Shown here one piece after another: positions 33,650 to 47,463 of a DNA stretch of 64,000 nt. The notes under the pieces were generated by a model. It saw only the letters and a list, made by a program, of their open reading frames with translations. It ran no database searches and was not told where the DNA came from. The DNA is from Phoronis australis (lineage: Eukaryota > Animalia > Phoronida), in contig NMRA01000107.1 of NCBI GenBank assembly GCA_002633005.1, positions 807,872-871,871 on the forward strand, in the 5' to 3' direction. Position numbers and translations under genes: made by a program. How positions within the stretch are numbered: position 1 is the first letter of the stretch; each line of letters opens with the position of its first letter.

Positions 33650-36644
33650 CTCTAAGAGAGGGAACGGGTCCTACGGGCACCTACATTTTGATTCCATTTT
33701 TCATAATAGGTATTGTGAATTAAGAAAGCATTGGTAGTTGAGTCATAATATTGACAAAAACAACACAAAGTATGACAACAGATAACGTACAAACTGAACG
33801 GAGGTGATTCTGTTCTCATTCCGCTCATTGAGCGTAACTTGAAAATACTGGTCGGTGTTGCCTATGTTAAGAGAAAATCATGAGATCGGGAACTTGGCAG
33901 GAAGATTGAAATCAACCAATGTTACAAAATTACGTAAGGATGACCACCCCCGGGAGCATGTGTTATAAGCGGAATATTTTCATCGGGGATATCTTCGTTT
34001 CCGAGATACGGGGGATGGAAGTTTGTGCCTCTTTCCGCTGGGCTGGATCATGATATAAACTTTTAAAATGATACCAAACCCGTCTTTGTTCCATTAACCG
34101 ATAGTAAAAACCACTTGCCAATCTAGTTTTCTGAATCAAAATAATGCTCTGTAACCCTCGAAATCCTTGAAGGGTTTGAGGAAAATTTCTAAAGTCCTTT
34201 CAAAGCTAAACTGTCAAACGTAGCCTACGCTTTTAGCAAATTACACTGCAACTATTTGAAAACACCACCCGCCAAAGACCATAATGTCCAATTTGTGAAA
34301 TAGGTGGTATGAATTTTAGTTGATTACTGCTTTTACTTGTATCTTCCAAGATTGACGCCAATGATGCATTAGCAAATGACAACGAAGATTGATTGAAATC
34401 ATCGAAACAGGGTTTAGTATCTTTTTAAACTTATCCGTTGGATGTAGCACCAAAGCATTTGTAACTTTATAAACAGATTCAAAGGTTATAATCCTCGGTT
34501 TGAACACTTTAAAACCGGTTTTGAAAGTTATAACCGCGGTTATAACCTTTCAGCAGGGGTGGTGTAAGCGAGAGATTAAAGTCAGTGTGAAGACTGCAGT
34601 TGTAAAATTCCACTCAGTAGGTCGTGCTGCTGTCAAACTTCTTTGGAGAAAATGTCACTAAACAGATTTTGCTGGTTTTGTTCTTGAAAATCCAAGTATT
34701 ATGCGCTCCAAAAACCTGTAACACAAATATATCCTATATGTATTTTGGTTTGTTCACAACCAAATCAGTCTAATTCAACTGCTGTTACCCATGGAGAAGG
34801 CAGACGATCGGATACAGGTGATCCATCGGACCTTACCCAATTTTGGTCGAACAATTTCGACTTCAGTCTGTTCACTTCCTACTGTAATTTAGCTCGTACA
34901 CTGATTTCACGTAAAGTGAACAATTGCGAACCAAATGTATTTAATCTAGGAAAATTGTTACTTATTTATAATTTAGAAGTCACCACTAATTTCGAAACGA
35001 ATTCGGGTGAATTATTGTTGACTCCAAAATCGAAGAAATATTTATTTGTCATTGCCAGTACACATACTTCGATCACCCTAATATTCAGCACATGCACACT
35101 GCATGCGGTACTCCAAAGTCACTGCCCGTACAGTCTGATCTACAAGTGGGAGTCTCCTTGGAACAAGTTCCTCTTCACAAACAATGTTATAAATAGCAAT
35201 GGAATTCTTTGGATTGAAAAAATAATATTTTATTATTATAATATCAATTTATGGAATTCACTAATAATGGTCTCCAAGGTCATCGAACTTCCATCATTCC
35301 ATAGTGGTCATTGTTTTTGTTCAATTCAATCTCATGTCTCGATACACCTGTGCTTCTCATGAACATGTTCTGTGTATTTTCGACGAATTGGAAATTTAGT
35401 ATCTACTTCCCCTCGTGAATATTTGGCAATGCTGGATTTAGAGAGGGCAAAGCGGCAATTACCCCCGGGTGACCCTCCATGAGAGTAGCCCGCCTGAAAG
35501 GGGCCCTTGATATGAAGGGCTGGAAAAAAGTGACTGTTAATCCCAACATTTGGTGACCGTCCTTAACTTAAAGGTTGTGTGATATTGATAAAGAGGGATG
35601 CCCATGGATGCCTCAACAGGCAATAAGCAGAAATTTATGCTATTACCAAGACCGTTGGCCGCCAGGTACTCAATATTATAACAAGTGATATTTCAAAAGA
35701 GAGGAAGAAAGAGAGCGACAAATGACTTCTCTCATGTCTGAAATGTCGCTGGGGGAAACGCAGTGTCTTCTTGAACTTCGAGCCCCCGAGCCACCCCCTG
35801 GGTGCGCGAATGTTAGTTACGCTAAAAGTTATCTGTACGCAGCTTAAGCCGAAGTCTGGGTGCGCGCATGCTCTGTCACAAATGTTCTGGCCGTGTCCCC
35901 CAAGCGGTAAATCCAGCACTGAACGTTGACAAATTTTTGTTAAGCTGCATTTCACACTGTTTAGGTAGATAAAACGAGACAGGCCTGTTACGCTCATAAA
36001 ACCAGTGTAGTAATACACGTGTAGTTAGTGTCCTGATAGGATTCTATTTCCGTTGTAACTTAAATCACACGCAAATTCGTACATGCAGAACCCAGTCGAA
36101 CATTACGAGGCCAGTTTTATTAAAAGATAAAATTCGATTTTTGTGTTATACAAATGTAGCTAAAGAGGACGATTTCTTTTTCTTTCTTACATAGGTTTCG
36201 TACATGACCGTATTCTTCAAGCCACGTGCTTGACCTTTCTGTCGGTACCTTTGCCTTTGCAATGATATCTAAGTTGAGTGATGCTTCTTCAAAACCGTTT
36301 CTTTATGTTATTCCATCACTCTGTGCGAGACCTCGTTCAATGTTATTTATCCGGATAGGGTTGACGTGGCAAACATTTGGATCGCCATCGCCATCGAAAT
36401 CATAGATTATTTATCTGCGCCAGCTATTGAGGTATGGTCCACACAGAAATTAGTTGCCGAGACCCAGGTAGTGTAAACTGACGTGCATCACATCGTTATT
36501 GTACAAAGTGTCTCAATCTAGGTACGTTGACGGTGAACAACGTCTGTGACACGATGCAAAGGAGTGCAAGTGCTTACTGGATACGTCAAGAGATTTGCGT
36601 GTCACTGTAGAGACGGTACGAATGTATGGAACGCACCTAGCCTG

Positions 36645-36794
36645 CCTCCCGGTCAGTAACACTAGGACCTCGCTAAAACGCAAGATTTCGCGAGATTTCG
36701 TGAGATATTGCCGTGTATTTTAAATGAGAACACGTGACTTTGTCTAGATTTTAGCTAGGTCCTAGCGTATGTCCTAGAGTTACTGAACGCACGC
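36645..36794 (-). mobile_element. MITE family A copy
   Basis: CCTCCCGGTCAGTA...TACTGAACGCACGC flanked by CTG/CTG. Confidence 0.85.
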
Positions 36795-37539
36795 CTGGCC
36801 TCTGTTGTGAGAAGTCATTTTTGACACGTGACGAGTCATTTCTGACGCACTGACGTGTCAGTGACGCAGTCGAGTAGTCAGTGCTGTAGTGGGGCGTAGA
36901 CGCACGTAGGCACAGCCATAGTCGAGTCTTAAAACTTTAAAAAATAAACTATTTAACAACATACCGTATGTTTTTTGAGCCTAATTTCCAGGAAAATTTT
37001 AATAGACTAAATTGATGCACGTGTTCTATACGTATTTCTTATGAATGTTTGTCGTCGTCGGGAAAGCACGGTCACAGTGTTGCTGGGAAATTTGCTAATC
37101 AGAAAACCAAAAGTCATAAAATGTGACTGATTTAAGCAGTGAGACTTCATACCTAAACACATGGACACACGAGCGCACACAAACGCACACGCACACGCAC
37201 ACCGACGCAGGCACACACATCGGTATGGACAAAATTTCACGATTTCTTCAAAATGTGATTCTGATTTTCCTTTTAGTACCAAATGGACTGCACCGGGTCC
37301 GGCTGGGGGAACAAAGTGCTACGAAAATGCCACCTGTGATGTCGAACAGAAACAATGGTGATGTTTATGTTGAAAGCAGCGAAAAGTGCGTAAAACTATC
37401 ATAACACACAAGGAGGTTTGTTTGACAACTAATTAGTACAAAGAACAAGGCATTACACACGAGATGCATGCAATCTTTTCATAGAGTAAGTAGGCTATTT
37501 AAAGTACACACATGCACATGCTAGCATAGTGTAAATGGG

Positions 37540-40449
37540 CAGAGACAAATGTCATTGACATGCACTAAGCAACAGAGTTCATGGTAATAACTCAAATTCA
37601 GCAAATATTTGAAAGAAAATACTGGTCACATCAGCTGGAGTATCCAACAGTCCAGCCACATCTGTGAAAGGGATGGCTTTTGAATTTTGTTCGTTTAGTC
37701 CTGCATGGAGAAGGACATTGTGGTGGAAATATCTGAGCCATTGGTGATTGTGGTATTTGAGTAGTTGGCTCTAATCTGTATTCTAAGTAGTAGTTGTCAT
37801 GAAAGCAAGCGCAAATATCACTTACCTCGCAAGGAAAATAATTACCGCCCCCATTCTCAATAATTCATGGATTCCTGGGCGTAGCAGAGGCGTAAATGAA
37901 GCATATTCGTTAGCGACGAATGGCGGCAGCAGGGAACGGTCTGTGGACTCGGCAAAAGCAGACAAGCCATCAGAAGTAATATTCCCTATTTTTCTCTATG
38001 ATACTGCGCAAAAACAACTTTTATATCGTCAATTTTATCGTTACCCACATGACCTTATCCCGAAGCACACTTTCCGCCATGGCGATATCTGTACGTCAAC
38101 ACTCCAGTGCATTTGGAAATTACTTTGTATGTAGAGTTGTCATATCGCACATAAGAATTGACAGCGTTCAACCGTATATAATGTTGGCACATTCACGATA
38201 CAAATAAGCCCTGATACGTTACACATAACCGTGTTGCATTTTAAATCTGCTTTGTATTTCTTTTGATAAAACAATATGTATCATGGTGGCACAATTGCAA
38301 ATAAAACAAGTAAACCGAAGTTTAATACCAACACCATGGTACGTCAGGTAAAATTTTCGTGGCCTTCAGGTACGAACTGATTTCGCATCACGCAATGCAA
38401 CCCAAAATAGAAACACTCAGAATATACAAGCAGGGATAATACAACAGTCTATGGGTATAACAATTAGACAAACCGATGATTACTTAGTCAAGATCGGCAG
38501 CAAGTTTTCAAAAAAGCGGCTATAATACCGAGCCTATCACAAAGTGACATTTGATTTAGACAACTAACCATTATGAAATAGGTCTGAAATTGATCTTTAT
38601 TGTAATCAGACTGTCAGTTCGTTATTGCTGGAGATCAGGCTACCACGAGTTAATTGGCACTTGGCGTGTCAGGAGTCGCTGAACAGTCTCAAATCAATGA
38701 GGCCAGTTCCCTGCAATCACAGATTACATATTTCATTTGAGTAAGAAATAAAGTGATACCAAGTTAATATCATCAAGTCATCAAAAACTAGAGTTTTTGC
38801 TTTGGGCGGAAGGTAACGGGGCAGCCGTACATAACGCAAAGTTGTCGTGAGGACTCGATTGGGACCTCAGGGGTCTCACGCTCCACCGGCTAATTTGAAA
38901 AGGCTTTGTCCAGTCACGCGTTGTGGGTAATAAATCGAGATAATGATACCAACAGCCGACGCGACAAGCAGAACTACTTTCTTTTACTTCATTTGTGCAC
39001 TAACTGGAGAAATTTAGAATTAGACTTTTAAACACTATCCGATCTTCAACTTTTTTCGGGAGACTTAAATCTCAATGTAGTTTGCGCAAAGACGATGTGC
39101 AATTTTTGGAGGTGTATTGACGATGATCAACGTTAAAACGGAGAGNTATAAATGTATACACAGGGACAAATGTCATTGACATGCACTAAGCAACAGAGTT
39201 CATGGTAATAACTCAAAATTCAGCAAATATTTGAAAGAAAATACTGGTCACATCAGCTGGAGTATCCAACAGTTTAGCCACATCTGTGAAAGCGATGGCT
39301 TTTGAATTTTGTTCGTTTAGTCCTGCATGGAGAAGGACATTGGTGGAAAAATCTGAGCCATTGGTGATTGTGGTACTTGAGAAACGTTGGCTCTAATTTT
39401 CATTCTAAGTAGTAGTTGTCATGAAAGCAAGCGCAAATATCACTTATCTTGTAAGGAAAATAATTACCGCCCCCATTCTCAATAATCATGGATTCATGGG
39501 CGTAGCAGAGGCGCAAATGAAGCATATCCGTTGTCGACGAATGGCGGCAGCAGGAAACGGTCTGTGGACTCGGCAAAAGCAGACAAGCCATCAGAAGTAA
39601 TATTTCCTATTTTTCTCTGTGATACTGCGCAAAAACAACTTTTATATCATCAATTTTATCGTTACCCACATGACCTTATCAAAAGCACACTTTCCGCCAG
39701 GGCGATATCTGTACGACAACACTCCAGTGCATTTGGAAATTACTTTGTATGTAGAGTTGTCATATCGCACATAAGAATTGACAGCGTTCAACCGTATATA
39801 ATGTTGGCACATTCACGATACAAATAAGCCTTGATACGTTACACATAACCGTGTTGCATTTTAAATCTGCTTTGTATTTCTTTTGATAAAACAATATGTA
39901 TCATGGTGGCACAATTGCAAATAAAACAAGTAAACCGAAGTTTAATACCAACACCATTGTACGTCCGGTAAAATTTTCGTGGCCTTCAGGTACGAACTGA
40001 TTTCGCATCACGCAATGCAACCCAAAATAGAAACACTCAGAATATACAAGCAGGGATAATACAACAGTCTATGGGTATAACAATTAGACAAACCGATGAT
40101 TACTTAGTCAAGATCGGCAGCAAGTTTTCAAAAAAGCGGCTATAATACCGAGCCTATCACAAAGTGACATTTGATTTAGACAACTAACCATTATGAAATA
40201 GGTCTGAAATTGATCTTTATTGTAATCAGACTGTCAGTTCGTTATTGCTGGAGATCAGGCTACCACGAGTTAATTGGCACTTGGCGTGTCAGGAGTCGCT
40301 GAACAGTCTCAAATCAATGAGGCCAGTTCCCTGCAATCACAGATTACAGATTTCATTTGAGTAAGAAATAAAGTGATACCAAGTTAATATCATCAAGTCA
40401 TCAAAAACTAGAGTTTTTGCTTTGGGCGGAAGGTAACGGGGCAGCCGTA
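37540..40449. repeat. About 1.29-kb near-identical direct duplication (37540-38829 / 39161-40449)
   Basis: Nearly base-for-base identity with scattered SNPs and indels; N at 39146 between the copies. Confidence 0.92.
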
Positions 40450-41218
40450 GGGCGGCGCCACCCTATATCGATATAGAGGCCCGCTCATTGGCCGGGGGTT
40501 TACCATAATTATTAGTATAGGGGTCCACTTTTGAGGTTAGAAATTCAATTTCTTACCTAAGTCATTTTAATAAGAATAGGTCGCGGGTTTATGGACGCTG
40601 TAAGTCGTAAGATAACACAAACTCCCGGGACTACTCAGCCGTTCTGGTGTTGGCAACTCGGGAAAACTTTTTTGTAACGCACGTGTACATGAGCGTCATT
40701 CATTTCAATACAGTGTGGGTACACACCAGCAACGCACTAGTCAATTAAAGCAGCATTCAACACGTGCTTTCTACACTAAAAATAGAAGTTTTGATTAAAA
40801 AAATAATTGCGGGCAGTCTGATACACGTTATACCAGTTGTGTGCAGGCAGCGTACATCAGTCGGAACTATTTTTATGCTTTACTGAAATATAGTTAAAAC
40901 CGAGCTGAGTTGTTTGAAACCTGACTCGATCGTTTAGAAGCGTGACCCAGTGGGACTCTAGCCCACGACATCGAGTAAAGAAAGCGGACACTTAGCACAC
41001 TAGGACACACTGCCTCCTCTTTAAATTTTGATTAAGACTGATTAACGTTATGAAATGGGTATACACTTGTTCCTTAGTCAAAGTAGATGTGATGTCGGAT
41101 CTTGGAAAGAACTGGTAGTTAGGTACTTCTCAGATCTAGTTCAAAGCAATTCATAAAATTGTTCTAAAGAAACAATGAATAATTAAATTTCAGTTCTTCC
41201 TGAGCCCAGAGATCACTA

Positions 41219-41430
41219 ACAAGCTGGGTAAATAACTAGACAGTACAAACTGGGTAAAGAACGAGACAGTACAAACTGTGTAAAGAACGAGATAGTACGA
41301 ACTGGCAAAAGAACAAGACAGTAGGAACTGGCAAAATAACGAGACAGTACAAACTGGGTAAAGAACGAGACAGTACAAACTGGGTAAAGAACGAGACAGT
41401 ACAAACTGGGTAAAGAACGAGACAGTATAA
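41219..41430. repeat. 26-bp minisatellite, about 8 units
   Basis: Unit ACTGGGTAAAGAACGAGACAGTACAA, head-to-tail, no spacers. Confidence 0.9.
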
Positions 41431-41499
41431 AATTTATAACGGCAGATAACCTTAACCAAAACTTGTTGTTTAAGAAAGCGAAGGTTTTGGCCTATAAAC

Positions 41500-41838
41500 A
41501 GATACTAAAAACGACTTTCCCGTCCAATTTTCAGAAACAAAACAATGTTCTGTAACTTTCGACAAACCTCAACAGCTTGGAGGAAAATCTAAATACCCCT
41601 TTCAAAGCATGTTAAATGGGCAAGCGTGACCTACATGTACGCTTTTAGCGTATTACACGGCAAATGTGGGAAAAGACCACGCATCAGGGACTATAATATC
41701 CTATTTGTGAGATACAGAGTACGAGTTTTCAGTTGATCTCTGCCTTTATCTTTCACGACTGCGGCCAATGATGGATTAGCAGGTGGCAGAACGAAGAATT
41801 GGTTGGAACTATCCAAAATAGGGTTTAGTATCCCTTTA
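41500..41838 (+). repeat. Dispersed repeat ending CCCTTTAA (Kolobok-like end), paralogous to about 34100-34428
   Basis: Shared CTGTAAC...GAGGAAAAT...TTTCAAAGC...ACGCTTTTAGC...GGGTTTAGTATC blocks. Confidence 0.5.
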
Positions 41839-43099
41839 AGCTTACATGTATGTAGACCCCTAGTAGAATGTCCAACTCTGACAAATCACTTCTCAGAAAT
41901 GGTTGGTCGGATTTACATGAAACTTTCAGATACTATGCTTGATGCACTGTTGTCCAAAATATACAAAATATTCCACCTTCATCATTTTCATGAAACGAAT
42001 CAAAATTAACAACGAGAACGAAGTGATTCACTTAGAGAACTGCAACGGCATTTTTGATATCATCTTGAACGTTTCTACCCAACGAAATTTGGTTGGAATT
42101 GATACCGCTATTTTGCAATGGATTCACGTTTCCTTTTTAACTATTTTGATAAAGTCATGGTTACGTGACCCAAATAAATCCAGTTCGGCATAAAGTCAAC
42201 CTATAATTTTACATCCTTTCCACTTTTATACAACGTAATATAATGCCTTTACTAATATTTGGCAAAAAACAAACTACTACATTATTAAGTCTTACGTAAT
42301 CTTAATGCCACTTTCGAGTGTAACCTTTTATATTCGGCTAAGTAGTCCACGTGCTTCGGTAGCGAGAAGTGGCGTTTTCTTTTTACAAAGAAGCAAAGTT
42401 TTGTTGTTTATCATTTTTGACTGCCGGTGGTTTTTGATTTGTTTGGAAATGAAACTTTGTCAATAGTTTACGAGCACTGATAAAGATTTGTTTTTCAACT
42501 ATCACGTCTAGAGTTTTAATTAACAAAATAAAATTTGACAAAGTTAGGTTATACGACCGCGGCTTTTCCTTTTCATAGAATGAATTTTACTGCGGTTATT
42601 CTTAAAAAAAAGGACACGCGGCTGCAGAGATATTTGTCCATGTACTCGCATCAACGATGACTAGTTTCGGTGTAACACACGTCACCTCAGATTGATTTGA
42701 ATTTTAGCCGTCATATTTGCCGAAGCTCTTATTCAGAAACTTCAACCGATATTATCTGACAAAATAATGACGACCAAAAACAAAATAAACATGTATTTGA
42801 ATACAGTGTTAGATACAAAGAATGCCGTCACCAATCTACCAGACACCAATAAAAGTGACCAATCCGACAAGCCTATATCGAGTGTGCGCGTACATGTATT
42901 TAGGTCCTTAGCCTACGTGCGGCTGTATTCAAAATAATGCGTTTACTTCAAGATGTTTCCTCAAAAGCTTCCAAGTCAATAATCACTTACACGGGTACTG
43001 TATTTTGAGAATCCATTTGATGCCTGCTAATCTGAGGAAAATGGTTCTCAAAATGCGAGACGGCCCTGTTAGTGACTGCCGCAATACCGCTGTCAAGTT

Positions 43100-44075
43100 T
43101 GTAGAGATCAGTGCATGGCCACTATGTGTTGCTGCAGTGGTCAAATCTGTCCGAACATACATGTAGGTGCCAGCTCACTGACATCACATACATCTGTGCC
43201 AAGTTTCATTGAACTCTTGAAATCGGTTCATTTGATGTCATTCGATAACGCCCTTAGATGAAATGGCCCAGCAATGATTGAATCCACACAAAAATCTAAC
43301 AGTGCAGGAGCACTGACACACCATATGTCAAGTTTCATTGAAATACGCCAATCGGTTCTTTTAAATATCATCCGGAATTGCCCTTGATCCCCTAAACAAC
43401 ACATGAAATTCCCTTGTTGAGAACAAACTGGCCACGTCAGAAAATTTAATGGTACCGGCGCATTGACATCATATTCCCGTGTTGCGTTTAACCATTAATC
43501 GTTCCGTAGCCCTTCCCACAAAGATACTGAAACTAAGTCACGCCCCCTTGGGGGCGGGGCAAAATGAAAGTGGCACGACCGTTTTAGTGGTTCCCTACAC
43601 CCTTGTGCCAAATTTCATCGTGATCTAGACGCCCGGACAGGATGACAACCACATGCGACCACACATTTAATTAATTCAGCGCATAAAATAAATACAAATT
43701 TGCCACTATACGAGGCACAGCGCTAGTCGGAAGAGTACTACTAAATGTCGCCATCCGTTGTCACTAATGGGAAACACAATCTCGCCAAATCAATTCACCG
43801 CGATCCTACTGGGGGTTATGGCGATTCAGGTACGGATGGAAAAATGTGACTAAGCGCACCACTTGACAGCAGCAGGACCACTCCGAAAATCAACATAATT
43901 CGGTAGTCGGATCAGAGCGAAACTCACCGACATCCGTCATCATCTTGATGGGACACATCTAGCAAACTTCTATAAGATACTGCAAGGGGTCAAGGAGATA
44001 TACCAGCGGACGCCGGTCGACGAGGCAGAGATGACGGCAACATGCGCCCACATATGTAGGTGAAGACACATAAAA
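43100..44075 (+). mobile_element. HINE/DINE-1-like element fragment
   Basis: Repeated GCCAAGTTTCATTGAA blocks; ends AGAGATGACGGCAACATGCGCCCACATATG...ATAAAAA like 54585-54812. Confidence 0.5.
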
Positions 44076-47000
44076 ATCACGATGAGACGCCTTGGAGCAT
44101 GTCTTCCGATTATTCGGTTGATTCAGTAGGTGCATGATAAATTACGGATTGACGATAAACGCCAGTAGTAATTAAGAACTTACAAGTATTTTTTTAAACG
44201 TGAATGGTTTTGGATGTTGACAATTACTTTAAACTGTGTTTTCAGGGCACCCTACAGTTCTACGGACACAACTTCAAACAGGGCGCAAGGCCCTAAATAC
44301 GCACCTTCACACATATATTGCAAGTTAATGGTTAGCTCAGTGGTATTGCACAGAACAGACGAGATCCACAAACGGCTAATACATTAGGTTTCTATACATA
44401 CCTATACATAAAGTGTATCATATTATATAATTTACAACTGACTGGCATGCAACCTCGAAAGAGGCTACAGTGTAGCCACCAGATTCCTGCTCCATTGTCT
44501 CCGTTACACATGTCATTGTCCCTTACAAATGTTATCGTCAGGAAACGTGAAACATAGAGAATACTGGTCGGTTATGCAGCTAGCTCGTAAGCTCTTGGCA
44601 GGACAGTCAATTCACAGCCTTGGGATACAGGAAATATCATAAGTCCAGAGGCTAAAACACAGCTTGCTCTCCCCGAATCTGAGTTCAGGTCTGAGATTTT
44701 GAAGAACACGAACACAGTTGGTCGCCAATAAGGTATACACTAGTAATATATTATGAAATACGTTTACAACTTGAATAATTATTTGATTTTCTTCAAAGAA
44801 AACCCATGGTAAATTTTCTTGCACACTCAACAGGTCTTGCATTGACGAAATCTACCGGTTAATACTGTGGCTGGCAGTTTATTGAAGACATTATAGAGGG
44901 AGTAGACATTCCTCTTAGCTTGTCATCATGGGTCTCATACACGGCCATACACTGATATCCAGAAAGACATAACAAAAACCATGGAATGTAGGGGGATGCT
45001 TACAATTATGCAAACTGCAATGCAATAGAGGTATTCAATTCAGTTAGGGCAACACTAGTAAATATCTTGTAATACCTTTTGCACCATTCCTACAGGAATC
45101 ACGCAATTTTACCCCAGAGCCCAAAGAAAGCCATTATGTCACAACATCGAATGCTTTTAGTGTTCAAATTCCTCATGTGCTCAGGACTGATCTCCTCTTA
45201 GAGTTGGGGATGCTTGGTTAAGCCTGATCTAATCAGGTCTTAAACAATTGTAAATCGCTCACAACAGGCATAATTTACAAATTGAAAGTTTAAATCTAAA
45301 ATTTGCGAGAATAAAAGTCACCATGTTTTTCAAGTAGAAAAATGATACAGTTGGTTTTTAAGAATCCATGAACTATTCACTGAAATCACAACAGCTTTAA
45401 ATTCCATTTGAAAGGCTTAATAACTGACTTCCTTCCCACTTCATTAGTGACCTCCACATACAATGAATAGGTTCAATTGACAGTGCAAATGCCTGCGGAT
45501 TTTTCAGAGGGCTTTGGGTTAACCGTTGCAACAGCAGAGCATCTGGTTAAGGAGAAACTTGATGTTAAAACTAGTAAATTTGCCTTAACCTGACCTATCA
45601 ATGATATCCTAGCCTACCTATTTAAAAAAAAAAAAATGCTACAGAGTATGTTTTCCAGAGAACACCATACTAACAAAATTGTGACAAGAATATTGAGCCC
45701 ACTCCAGTAATATTATGCCAATACAATTTCTAGTTTTCAGACACAAAAATCATCATCATGTTATTGTATACTTACTGAATGGGAGAACTCTGGAGCATGA
45801 AAATTGCTAACGTCAAATCCACCCTGAGCAGAAATAACATTGATGTCAACCAATCCAAAACTCTGCTGCTCCTACATATATATAATAGAAACTTTCACTC
45901 GTCTTATTCATGCAAATTTCCAAAGCATCACCATTAACAGAACATTTGAACTGGATCTACACCAACCTTGCAAGAAAAAAAATCAACAAAAGAACTACTC
46001 TTCAATTTCAAAGTTGCATACAAGGTTAGTTGTACTAGAAATTACCAAACAATGTTCAAACAGTTCATAGGCCAACCAATGAGCAAATAGGTGGCGATTA
46101 AAAAACCTGCAAAATGAACAGTGCTCTGAAGACATACGGTGCACAAAACAACCATTTCACAGTCAAGATGAACATTGCTGAGAAGACAAAAGGTGCACAA
46201 AACAACCAATTCACAATCACAATACAGACTGAACACGGGTCAACAATTTTCACCGAATCATTCCCGCAAGTTGTTTTTAAGCACATTTAGCAACTTAAAT
46301 GCAAATTCATATTCATTCTGATACAAATACTAGTGTTGTGCTGCAAAATTATTAAAGTAAATGGTCAGCATCAAAAAACCAACCAGAGCTTGGTCCATAC
46401 TGCAACATGTAACTTATCAATTTACAAATTTGTTGTGGGCAATAAGACAAGTCATTGCATAGTAAAGACCAAGGAGTGCTCACCACACTCCAGACTGGAC
46501 TGTCCCTAACACCAGAACTGCACCAATCACAATGCATGTTTCCAGTACAAATTTGCAAAGTTTCCATGAAGTGCACCATGCAATTTCATGGTCAACCTTC
46601 CAGTTGAACTTTGGGTGCAGAGATATGACCACCGCTGGAGGTCACAAAATAATACTAACTCCATCTAAAGCAGTAGAGAATCTGGCATTGCCGTTCACTT
46701 TGTATTAGATAAAAATGGACTGGTACAACCATAAACTACTGTCTGGGTATTAACCTTTCAGCAGGTAGACAGAACATGAACTGGCAACTCATAGAGTCAA
46801 TGGTGGAGGGTTATAGCATGTTATCCGCTGCCAGTCCTTAATAAACTACTTTCAAACTCAGCCCCTAAACACAAGCTAAGTGATTGTCAATGCATGCAGA
46901 TATACAGGTTTGCAGCAATATCGAAATATACACCGTTCAGCACCAGAGAAGTCCTAAAATTCAGATCGTTCAAGCAAGAAACCAGAGATCGTATCACTGG

Positions 47001-47283
47001 ATCAAGACTACTATGGGTATTTTTGGACATCAGATCTTGTTTGAAATTTTCCCTCATATTGACTAATTTTAGTATCACAAAAGAAGACCGAAAACAAAAA
47101 GTCACACTAAACCAGGCGAAAACAAGTAAACAAGCTTTACCAACACTGCAGCCTACCCAGTACTTAAGTCGACAACCAAGGTATACACACATTGTCTCAT
47201 CCAATAAATACGCTATAAAAATTCGATGAAATTCAATGTGCAGTTGTCTTGAAATCCTCCACCGAAGCTTCTTTCGGCTCCCA

Positions 47284-47463
47284 CTAAACGTCTTGCTTCT
47301 TCATTACTTCTTCTACTCGTCCGCCCCAACGCAGCCTGAAGAGCTTAGTACCCCAATGCACGTACGGACTACTCTGAGCTCGCATGATCAAGTAAAATGA
47401 GGTCAGCTCTCGAAATATCCATGCTACCACATAGTCAAACTTTGAGAAGGGTAAGGGACCATT
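47284..47463 (-). CDS. UGCG: UGCG last coding exon
   Basis: ctttcag|[59 protein letters not shown]. Confidence 0.96.
   Translation of the reverse strand, partial: NGPLPFSKFDYVVAWIFRELTSFYLIMRAQSSPYVHWGTKLFRLRWGGRVEEVMKKQDV

Noticed and set aside
34745-35362. Longest ORF in the track (205 aa)
   Set aside because: Non-ATG start, AT-rich non-coding-like composition, no recognisable motif.
37277-37357. Possible + strand exon TKWTAPGPAGGTKCYENATCDVEQKQ
   Set aside because: Weak donor and no convincing partner exons or recognisable domain.
40940-41018. tRNA-like sequence on the minus strand
   Set aside because: A and B boxes are degenerate and there is no cloverleaf; at most an old SINE head.
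41219-41430. CRISPR-like repeat array
   Set aside because: Units are head-to-tail with no unique spacers; eukaryotic context and no cas genes.
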